A DNA stretch of 64,000 nt from Candidatus Rariloculaceae bacterium (lineage in GTDB: Bacteria > Pseudomonadota > Gammaproteobacteria > Steroidobacterales > Rariloculaceae). Below the pieces are notes generated by a model. That model was given only the letters and a program-made list of their open reading frames with translations. It did not search any database and was not told where the DNA came from. Below are positions 44,067 through 51,852 of this stretch, piece after piece (the first letter of the stretch is position 1; each line of letters opens with the position of its first letter). The DNA lies in NCBI GenBank assembly GCA_965237785.1, contig OZ250159.1, forward strand, positions 2,382,204 to 2,446,203, in the 5' to 3' direction. The position numbers were made by a program, and so were the translations under genes.

Positions 44067-45803
44067 ATGAGAAAGAACCTGCCGGATCCGGACCATTTCT
44101 TAGGGGTAATTCTACCTCAATTCCAAAATTATCGAATTGTTGAGAGGGTCGGTTCAGGGTTCAACGGACACGTTTATCGAGCACATTCAAAGGAGATAGA
44201 GGGTGATTTGGCGTTCAAGTTTGTGCCGACGGAAAATCTTCCGGCGGACCCAGAGCGACGCGGCATCTACTTGGCGGAGGCAAAAAAGGCTAACTCGCTG
44301 GAGAATGAATGTGTTGTCCGATACGTAGAAGTTCTACCCTGGGAGGATGATGCGTTACGCCGAACTTTTGTCGTATTTGTATGTCAGTATGTATCAGGCA
44401 CCTCTTTGCAGGAATTCATAAAGAAGAAGCGTAACGAAATTAGCGTCGCCTTTATAGAAACATTTTTGAGGACGATGTTTGGCTTGCTCTTTGAACTCGA
44501 TCAGCGCGACATGGAACATGGAGACCTCCATGCTGGAAATGTACTTGTATCACAATCGAAATATAGTCTTAGCGGCGAGGCAACATTCAAAGTCACTGAC
44601 TTCGGAATCACCGAAATAACCGGTATGACTCATACCAGCGATTATTTGTTCGTGGCCCGAATACTTAGGGATTTGCTAAAGCGCACTAACTACCATGAAC
44701 AGCAATCGCGTGATCGGTACGTATACGATATTTTGCGACTTGACTTTTTGGGACGGCATCTCATAGAAACGGATCCATTGGCGGACCCATTGGCGCGCAA
44801 TCCGCGAAATCTAAATAAAAAACTACTGTCGGTTGATGACGAGTTTCTCGAGGCTACAAAAAATCATACAGTGACCAAAATGGTCACTCCGTTTGACTAT
44901 CCTAATTGCGAACAAATGGGTAATTCCCATCTGCTGATGAGGAACTTATATTCGGATCGACTATTAGGATTAAGGGAAATTCGTGCTAGGTCAAACCTAG
45001 TGCTCACTGGCCCACGAGGTTGTGGAAAAACAACTGTCTTCCGTGCGTTGAGTCTGGACTATCTGACCTCTGTCGATGCCGATGGTCCAGCAAGGCTCCA
45101 ATTCTCTGGTGTCTACTATCGTTGCGACGATTTGTATTTTTCTTTCCCACGCTATGAATTGCCGAAACGGCCAGACGCAATCGACATTCCGATGCATTTT
45201 GTTGTTGTTAGTCTAATGGCTGAAACGTTGCGCCATGTAGGTGCTTGGGCAAAAGGGCATTTCGAGCCAGAGTTTCGCAAAAAAGAGTCTACGGTAACTG
45301 CAAAGCTGTGGAAAATTTTAGGTTTCACGCAGCCTACTGATCCCGCGGCACGTGGCTTTTCACCTTTGATTGCGAAACTCATGAAACAGCGAGCTAGAGC
45401 GGCGAAGAAGCAACGTCTTTGCCATCTGCCTGGTCAGCCAATTAAAGGCTATCTTGGCCCTAGAGCGCTAGTCGATTTTTGTGGGGAACTAATTTCGACA
45501 TTTTCTTTTCTGCGTGAACGACCGTTTTTCTATTTTATCGATGATTATTCGACACCAAAAATTACATCGGACCTACAGCTAAATCTCAATAGGCTATTTA
45601 TGCATCGAAGCTGCGATGTGTTTTTCAAGCTTTCTACAGAGAGTCCAATTTCGTTCGAGCGTCGAGATATTGATGGTAAACAATTCGTTGAAGAGCGCGA
45701 ATTTGATCTGTTAAATTTAGGGTTACGTTATCTTGGGCATAATGGCATGCAAGTGCAGGTCTTCCTTGGGGATCTTTTCGAACGTCGTTTTCGAGAGGTG
45801 TAA
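44067..45803 (+). CDS. Ser/Thr protein-kinase-like domain fused to P-loop (AAA/ORC-like) NTPase
   Basis: Kinase motifs: GSGFNGHVY, LAFKF, HGDLHAGNVLV, KVTDFGITE. NTPase motifs: Walker A LTGPRGCGKTT and Walker B-like FFYFIDDY. The ATG lies 1 nt after the MTase stop. The ORF ends at TAA 45801-45803, which is followed by a same-frame ORF. Confidence 0.75.
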   Translation: MRKNLPDPDHFLGVILPQFQNYRIVERVGSGFNGHVYRAHSKEIEGDLAFKFVPTENLPADPERRGIYLAEAKKANSLENECVVRYVEVLPWEDDALRRTFVVFVCQYVSGTSLQEFIKKKRNEISVAFIETFLRTMFGLLFELDQRDMEHGDLHAGNVLVSQSKYSLSGEATFKVTDFGITEITGMTHTSDYLFVARILRDLLKRTNYHEQQSRDRYVYDILRLDFLGRHLIETDPLADPLARNPRNLNKKLLSVDDEFLEATKNHTVTKMVTPFDYPNCEQMGNSHLLMRNLYSDRLLGLREIRARSNLVLTGPRGCGKTTVFRALSLDYLTSVDADGPARLQFSGVYYRCDDLYFSFPRYELPKRPDAIDIPMHFVVVSLMAETLRHVGAWAKGHFEPEFRKKESTVTAKLWKILGFTQPTDPAARGFSPLIAKLMKQRARAAKKQRLCHLPGQPIKGYLGPRALVDFCGELISTFSFLRERPFFYFIDDYSTPKITSDLQLNLNRLFMHRSCDVFFKLSTESPISFERRDIDGKQFVEEREFDLLNLGLRYLGHNGMQVQVFLGDLFERRFREV

Positions 45804-45833
45804 GATTTTCCCTGTAAGACACTTGTAGAACTC

Positions 45834-46565
45834 TTGGGTGAAAATGAGAGGAATGAAAACGAAGCTGCGAGGCGCATTCGAGAGAAAAAACGTCATACTA
45901 ACTATTTTGGCGTTCAGACCGTCACCGCAATGTGCAGTGGGGATATTCATTACATGATCCGACTCGTTGGGAAGATGGTCGAGGACGCGGGTGAAATTTC
46001 CGTTGGGAACTACAATCCCAGTGAGCCAAGAATATCGCGCGCACAGCAATCAGGCACTATTCGAAGAGCGGCCGGTGAGTTTATGGAATCAGTGCGTAAT
46101 TTGCCGAAGCACGGAGATGCACTTGCTGCGACCGTAAGTGCGATCGGAAATGTCGCGAGTTCATATTTACGATATCGTGATGCAGCTAACGAAAAGGGCA
46201 ATCCTCCTCATCAAGCATCGAGAATTGAACCGTATGAGCCGCTAGTTTTGTCTTCGGACGCGCGCGATCTATTGAATGACTTGATTCGATTTTCGATTTT
46301 GTTGATGGATCCTCGCGGTAAGAGTCGTCGCGGAGGAGTTGTACCTCGCTTTTATCTCAGGCGATATTTGATTCCCCATTTTAATCTAACGTTCAGTAAG
46401 AGGGATTCTCTTGAGCTTGAAAATAGAGATATTGAACTGCTCCTAACGAATCCCGATGTATTTTACGACCAAAAACGCATTAAGAGCTCCAAAGATCCAC
46501 GAGCCACTAAGTGGGAGGATCAGTTCCAAGCAAGATTATTCGATGAGGGTAACAATGAGCAATGA
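45834..46565 (+). CDS. Hypothetical protein; same reading frame as 44067-45803, likely the C-terminal part of the NTPase
   Basis: The frame is identical to the upstream ORF, and only one stop (TAA) plus 10 sense codons separate them. The track start is TTG. The sequence is helical and basic (..MCSGDIHYMIRLVGKMV.., ..RFYLRRYLIPHFNLTFSKRD..). Confidence 0.5.
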   Translation: MGENERNENEAARRIREKKRHTNYFGVQTVTAMCSGDIHYMIRLVGKMVEDAGEISVGNYNPSEPRISRAQQSGTIRRAAGEFMESVRNLPKHGDALAATVSAIGNVASSYLRYRDAANEKGNPPHQASRIEPYEPLVLSSDARDLLNDLIRFSILLMDPRGKSRRGGVVPRFYLRRYLIPHFNLTFSKRDSLELENRDIELLLTNPDVFYDQKRIKSSKDPRATKWEDQFQARLFDEGNNEQ

Positions 46566-47595
46566 AGAAATTCCGAACATGCCGCTCAGATTGGATGAAC
46601 AGCTTTCCAAAATGAGTTGGTCGGAAATGGTACCGATTGATGACATTTCACTAGGTTCAGAGGATTGTATTGTTGTTGCTGCAGGCTTTGAGGATAGGGC
46701 TTTGTGCGGACTTAAACGAGCGTATCAGGCGTCTATGAATTTTCACGTTATATTGGTTCGATATCTTCCCAAGATCGCGGAGAACCAAGGTTTGGCTAGT
46801 ATCGAATATTGTAAAGAGCACGGCCTAGACTTCAAGGAATTTGTGTATGATCGGGAGAGTCCCTCAGGTATGGGTCTTTTGCTCGCGGAATATGTGTCGC
46901 GCTTTAGTAAAGTATTTGTGGATATTTCTGGAATGTCTCGGCTGCTAATTGTACAAATCATTGTAGCTTTGGTTAGGCAGAGAAAAGAGTTTAATATTTT
47001 ATACGCCGAGGCTGAAACTTATCCGCCCCTTGAACAAGAATATAGGGAATCTAATGCAGTAGAAAATTTAAACCCGTCGTTTATTTCCAGTGGAATTTTT
47101 GAGGTCGTTTCGACCCCAGAATTAAGTTCAGTCTCTATGTTGGGAGGTGCCATTCGGTTAATTTCATTTCCAACATTTGACTATATGCAGCTGTCAAATC
47201 TGGTCCAGGAGATTCAGCCGACTCACAACGATGTAGTCCATGGTGTACCTCCGAGCAGAGAAATGTCTTGGAGGACTGCCGCGATCGACCAATTGAACGA
47301 ACCGATAATAGAGGCGCTTCAGCGCGTGACGATTCACAGGGCAAGTACTCTAGACTATCGTGATACTCTGAATCTAATACTGGATCTTTATGGTCGTTAC
47401 TCGGTGTTTGATCGGATCATAATCGCCCCAACTGGGAGCAAAATGCAATCAGTGGCAATCGGTATTTTGCGGGGAATCTTAACAGATTTACAAATTGTGT
47501 ATCCGACGCCACTAAAGTTTGTTGATCCGGACCACTATACAGAGGGGATAAAACGAATTTATTGCCTTGAAGTTGGGGATTTATGCCACTCGTAG
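46555..47595 (+). CDS. Hypothetical protein with Rossmann/CARF-like N-terminal pattern
   Basis: ATG 46555 (MSNEEIPN) overlaps the upstream stop by 11 nt. IVVAAGFEDRA ... VFVDISGMSRLLIVQIIVAL resembles the Csa3-type CARF pattern GF(D/N)E ... DxT/SxGxR, recalled from memory. A second alpha/beta unit contains IIIAPTGSKMQSVAIG. Confidence 0.5.
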   Translation: MSNEEIPNMPLRLDEQLSKMSWSEMVPIDDISLGSEDCIVVAAGFEDRALCGLKRAYQASMNFHVILVRYLPKIAENQGLASIEYCKEHGLDFKEFVYDRESPSGMGLLLAEYVSRFSKVFVDISGMSRLLIVQIIVALVRQRKEFNILYAEAETYPPLEQEYRESNAVENLNPSFISSGIFEVVSTPELSSVSMLGGAIRLISFPTFDYMQLSNLVQEIQPTHNDVVHGVPPSREMSWRTAAIDQLNEPIIEALQRVTIHRASTLDYRDTLNLILDLYGRYSVFDRIIIAPTGSKMQSVAIGILRGILTDLQIVYPTPLKFVDPDHYTEGIKRIYCLEVGDLCHS

Positions 47596-48135
47596 AGCTA
47601 GTAAGCTTGATGAAAATGGCGGGTTGACATCACAGCTGTTTTTGAATTAAGCGTTTTTCTTAGTCATCCTGAAATTGACCCGATATCGCAAGAACGCCCA
47701 ACTACCTGCAGAGGATTAAGTGAAGCCGCTTCTGGTTTGTTTCTCTGTTTGTACTTGCCCTACTAGTCTGCAATGAAGGGCAGTGGGTGCGGCCGCCTGT
47801 TGGCGCCCACCAAGCTTCGGGCGTTGTGGTCTGACGAATGTTTGGTAGTTCGCCTAGTACCGATATTCTGTCAGGTTACCTGCGCCTCTTTCAATGTTTT
47901 GTATGGATGCGTAAGCACCGACACCTGTGGCAGAGACCAGAGGCGGGGTATAACACCTCAAACGATCCTTCATGGGCCGATAAGAGCAATCAGTAGAATG
48001 CCACGTCGCTTTGAGGTTCGTCACCTCCAATATGGTCAATTTTGAATCACCGAATGATCAGTGTTCAGTCGGCGTTAAGATGCAAGCGCATTAGTTGAGT
48101 TGCGTGGCCGTTGACGTTCTCTAGAATGGGAAACG

Positions 48136-48768
48136 ATGGATATTCATATGGACTGGCTTTACCTAGCCTCATATTCGCCACGGCGGCGCGAACTGCTGGC
48201 CGGACTCGGCTACCGTTTCAACGTACTTGACGCCCGCGTTGATGAAAGCCGAGTGGCTGGTGAGTTGCCCTCGCGCTATGTTAAGCGGCTGGCGCGGGAA
48301 AAAGCGCTTGCGGGCTTTAGACTTGTTTCGTGTCAGCCGATGACGGCTGGAGACGAATTGGTTCGCCCGGTGGTGGTCGGGGCTGATACGGCCGTGGTCG
48401 TAGACGGTCGGGTTCTCGGCAAACCACGGGACGAAGCCGAGATCCTGACCCACCTGCAATGGCTTTCTGGCCGGGCTCACGATGTCCTCTCAGCCGTGGC
48501 CGTGGTTTCCGGGAACACCGCGTCACCCCGGCTTGAAGTGCGCATATGCCCAAGCCGAGTGTGGTTTCGCACTTTGACGGCAGCCGAATGCGAAGCCTAT
48601 CGGGCCACCGGGGAACCCGTAGACAAGGCGGGGAGCTATGCCATCCAGGGACTAGCCGCCGCCTTCGTAACGCGCCTAGAGGGCAACTGGAGCGCAGTGG
48701 TCGGACTGCCCTTGCCCGACACTGTGGAACTGCTTGAGCGAGCGGGAGTACCGTATCTAAAGTCATAA
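48136..48768 (+). CDS. maf: Maf family nucleoside-triphosphate pyrophosphatase
   Basis: LASYSPRRRELLAGLGY...VVGADTAVVVDGRVLGKP...KAGSYAIQG, typical Maf. The start is 48136 or 48148. Confidence 0.85.
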   Translation: MDIHMDWLYLASYSPRRRELLAGLGYRFNVLDARVDESRVAGELPSRYVKRLAREKALAGFRLVSCQPMTAGDELVRPVVVGADTAVVVDGRVLGKPRDEAEILTHLQWLSGRAHDVLSAVAVVSGNTASPRLEVRICPSRVWFRTLTAAECEAYRATGEPVDKAGSYAIQGLAAAFVTRLEGNWSAVVGLPLPDTVELLERAGVPYLKS

Positions 48769-48953
48769 GAGCGAACAACGGAGGTGGAGACGGTGTGGTT
48801 TGTGAGTGATTGTTCGCGTTGCCTCACGACAATTAAATCTTTCGGCGGTGAAAGAAATAGTTGACGCTGGCCACACTGTGCCGGGAACGGGATGGGAAAT
48901 CTGCTAACGGTCAAATTTAGTTATCACGACCCAATTTTGAAGCAAAGCGTTCA

Positions 48954-48988
48954 TCACGCTGCCTCCATTTCGTTTACGGCTGGCTCTA
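48954..48988 (-). pseudogene. Displaced original 3' end of hsdS (cut off by IS630)
   Basis: Joining ...GAAGCAC|TA (right flank of the IS) to the left flank continues the hsdS frame as ...REALEPAVNEMEAA* with TGA at 48956-48954. Confidence 0.6.
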
Positions 48989-49073
48989 GTACACCAACAA
49001 CTTTGAAATGATCGATACTTCATGTAGACTCTCAAATTTGAATTACAACCTATTAATAGTTGGGAGTTTTAAT

Positions 49074-49532
49074 ATGATGAAGAAGTACAAGGTGACCTTA
49101 ACGACAGAAGAGCAGGCGATGCTAAGGGACTTGGTGTCCGTGGGCAAAGCCGCCGCCCGCAAGATCACGCACGCCAGAATACTGTTGCTGGCGGATGAGC
49201 ATTCGGAGGACGGCAACCAGACAGACGATGCGATCGTCAGGGCGTTGCAAGTCGGCTCCGCGACCGTCGCTCGGGTTCGCCGTCGTTTTGTGGAACAAGG
49301 CCTCGAAGCGGCATTGAATCGCCAGTTTCAGCGTAACCGCAGAGCCAAGAAATTGGATGGCGAGGGCGAGGCGTTTCTGGTGGCGACGGCCTGTTCGGAG
49401 GCGCCGGAGGGACGCACATCCTGGACATTGAGGTTGTTGGCGGATCGGCTGGTCGAATGCAACATTGTCGATTCCATCAGTCCCGAGGCGGTGAGACAGA
49501 CGCTAAAAAAAACGAACTTAAGCCTTGGTTGA
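49074..49532 (+). CDS. IS630 transposase, N-terminal HTH part (orfA)
   Basis: MMKKYKVTLTTEEQAMLRDLVSVGKAAARKITHARILLLAD... is typical of the IS630/Tc1 HTH region. It ends shortly after the A8 run at 49505-49512. Confidence 0.8.
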   Translation: MMKKYKVTLTTEEQAMLRDLVSVGKAAARKITHARILLLADEHSEDGNQTDDAIVRALQVGSATVARVRRRFVEQGLEAALNRQFQRNRRAKKLDGEGEAFLVATACSEAPEGRTSWTLRLLADRLVECNIVDSISPEAVRQTLKKTNLSLG

Positions 49533-50209
49533 AGGACTGCTGGTGCATTGCGCCGAAACGCAATGCCGACTTCGTCTGCGCGATGGAGGATGTCCTGGAA
49601 GTGTATCGGCGTGATTTTGCCGAGGACGAGGTCCTGGTTTGCATGGATGAAACGAGTAAGCAACACATCAAGGAAACCCGCACGCCGACGCCGACGCGAC
49701 CGGGCGATGCGGCGAAATACGACTACGAATACGAACGCAATGGCGTCAGCAACCTGTTCATGCTGTGCGCACCGCTGGAGGGTTGGCGGCATGTCAAGGT
49801 GACGGACCGTCACACGAAGGTCGATTGGGCGGAATTGATCGAGGAATTAGTGGACGACCATTTCCCGGAGAAACGCAAGATCGTGTTGGTGATGGACAAT
49901 TTGAACACCCATAAATTGTCCTCGCTCTATGAAGCCTTCGACCCGGCGAAGGCGCGCCGGATAGCCGAGCGGCTGGAAATTCATTTCACCCCCAAGCATG
50001 GCAGTTGGTTGAACATGGCTGAAATTGAAATCGGCGTCATGGCGCGTCAATGCCTTAATCGCCGCTTGGGAAACCAACGCATCCTGAGAAGCGAAATTGA
50101 CGCATGGCGGAAACAGCGCAATGAGGAAGCCACGCGCGTCAACTGGCGCTTCACAACGGATGATGCACGCACGAAGTTGAAGTCACTTTATCCATCAATA
50201 CAAAGTTGA
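49457..50209 (+). CDS. IS630 transposase, DDE catalytic part (orfB, -1 frame relative to orfA)
   Basis: ...KKNELKPWLKDCWCIAP..., VCMDETS, LVMDNLNTHK and HGSWLNMAEIE give the DDE triad context. The functional protein needs a -1 shift in the A8 run. Confidence 0.8.
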   Translation: MQHCRFHQSRGGETDAKKNELKPWLKDCWCIAPKRNADFVCAMEDVLEVYRRDFAEDEVLVCMDETSKQHIKETRTPTPTRPGDAAKYDYEYERNGVSNLFMLCAPLEGWRHVKVTDRHTKVDWAELIEELVDDHFPEKRKIVLVMDNLNTHKLSSLYEAFDPAKARRIAERLEIHFTPKHGSWLNMAEIEIGVMARQCLNRRLGNQRILRSEIDAWRKQRNEEATRVNWRFTTDDARTKLKSLYPSIQS

Positions 50210-51852
50210 CGTAGTACTAGTGCTTCCCGAAGGAGTGATTCAAGGAGGTAATGGCGGCCAGTATCGACAGTATCAAGACTGGCTTCCAGTCGGTCGCACA
50301 GGGTCATGAGTTCATCGACTTTGGCGACAATGCGCCGCTGCTCCGCGAGGGGCGGAACAGCGACTACTATACGATCCATTTTGTACTTTGGGAGGCCACC
50401 ACGTCCTGCGCCGGTCTGCTCGTCGAAGATAAACGCTTGGAAATACGGTGATAGCACGAGTTGTTGAAGGAAGTCAGCCATTTCAGAAACTGCTGGGCGA
50501 ATTATGGAAACGTGCTGGCTGACATTGGCTTCGCTAAATTCGTCGGGCACGAAACAGCAACGACCCATAGAGCCGCCCGTAATGTTCAGAAGGATGTCCC
50601 TTGATCGAACTGCAGTGCCCGCCATTCGAGCGTGAACGTCGGGTTCAATGTAGGCTACATCGTCGAGTCGCAGACCATCGTTATACACATTTTGCGAGCG
50701 AAGGAACGGAACACCAACTTTCTTATATACGTTCTTGCCACCGCGCGGAGTGCTACCAGAACCGGTTTTGGTGCAAAGCTCACCAATCCGGCTCCAGAGC
50801 CAACCCACCGGAAGAGAAAATGGGATTTCGTCCGTGCTAAGCGGCTTCACGTGGTGCCGAACTTTCAGCCGCAATTTTTCCCCGGCGATCCGCTTCAGCA
50901 GTTCCGACGCCGGTTCATTCGCCGGATCCTGCTCCACCAGCTTGCCCCGCACGGCAAGGTCGAGAATGGTCTGGCGTAGGCGTTTGACCTGATGCGCGCG
51001 AGCTGCTAGTGCGGGAAGGGCATCGACGACGAAACGCGCATGGGATCGAAAAGTGACATCATCCGTATTGGATACCCTTAGGCGAGCATAGCTCGCGTTG
51101 GTCAGCCGGTCGCGGGCGTCCTCGCGCGCGACGCGAGCTTCTTCCAGCCGGTCGCACAGGGCCATGAGTTCATCGACTTTGGCGACGATGCGACGCTGCT
51201 CGGCGAGGGGTGGAAGCGGAATCATGAAATCTCTGTAGTCCCTACTCTCAATGCGGCATGTTCCATGGCTGGATCGCTTAACTCGCTTCAGTACTTGTAG
51301 CTTTAGGCCCTTCAGGGCGCGAAGCAAATACTCAGCCATTTCGGGTTTCTTCAAGGTGATAGCTTTCACGTCCTGATTTATCGTGAGCGGAACGCGAGAG
51401 ATTGCAACAGGGAAGCTGTGCGCAAGGATCATGCCGCGGACCACAAAGAGGATGCTTTCCGCTTCGATAAGGTTTACCGCAGAGCTTGCGATGGACGTCT
51501 CCGTGATATTCAACTGTGTTTCTGCGATGTAATCGACCTTCATATCCTTGGGGGAAACCCAAGGTATGCTGCCGTTCCAGAAGTCCTCACGAGCCTTGGA
51601 AGGAGTTCCACCACCCTTGAGCATTCCAAGGGCGCGAAGTCGCGACCATCGCCAATTCGGCGGGACTGGAAACGGCGGCTCTAAATCGTGAGGGATCGTT
51701 GGGTCAAGACGAGGCGGTGGCTCATCCTCCGGGTCCTGCTCCACCAGCTTCCCCCGCACGGCGAGATCCAGCACAAAGCGACGAAGGTGCGGGACGGCAT
51801 CCGGTGCATCGGCCACCCGGTCGAAATGGGCAAGCAGGTGTTCGGCGTTCAT
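50188..51852 (-). CDS. hsdS: Type I restriction-modification specificity subunit HsdS (3' end altered by IS630)
   Basis: Two TRDs separated by duplicated conserved regions (LDLAVRGKLVEQDP.. twice; PLAEQRRIVAKVDELM.LCDRLE twice). The last 10 codons (50188-50217) are IS-derived (VLRQLCIDG*). Confidence 0.85.
   Translation of the reverse strand: MNAEHLLAHFDRVADAPDAVPHLRRFVLDLAVRGKLVEQDPEDEPPPRLDPTIPHDLEPPFPVPPNWRWSRLRALGMLKGGGTPSKAREDFWNGSIPWVSPKDMKVDYIAETQLNITETSIASSAVNLIEAESILFVVRGMILAHSFPVAISRVPLTINQDVKAITLKKPEMAEYLLRALKGLKLQVLKRVKRSSHGTCRIESRDYRDFMIPLPPLAEQRRIVAKVDELMALCDRLEEARVAREDARDRLTNASYARLRVSNTDDVTFRSHARFVVDALPALAARAHQVKRLRQTILDLAVRGKLVEQDPANEPASELLKRIAGEKLRLKVRHHVKPLSTDEIPFSLPVGWLWSRIGELCTKTGSGSTPRGGKNVYKKVGVPFLRSQNVYNDGLRLDDVAYIEPDVHARMAGTAVRSRDILLNITGGSMGRCCFVPDEFSEANVSQHVSIIRPAVSEMADFLQQLVLSPYFQAFIFDEQTGAGRGGLPKYKMDRIVVAVPPLAEQRRIVAKVDELMTLCDRLEASLDTVDTGRHYLLESLLREALVLRQLCIDG

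Larger units (their letters stand above)
48989..50217 (+). mobile_element. IS630 family insertion sequence (1229 bp) flanked by TA duplication
   Basis: Terminal inverted repeats are GTACACCAACAACTTTG (left) and the reverse complement of the right end, GTACTACGTCAACTTTG. TA is present on both sides (48987-88, 50218-19). It encodes an HTH part plus a DDE part. Confidence 0.85.

Noticed and set aside
47773-48045. 90-aa plus ORF and 61-aa minus ORF in the 540-bp gap before maf
   Set aside because: They are Cys/Arg-rich and mutually overlapping, with no RBS or motif. I treat the region as non-coding, and it is flagged as such in the findings.
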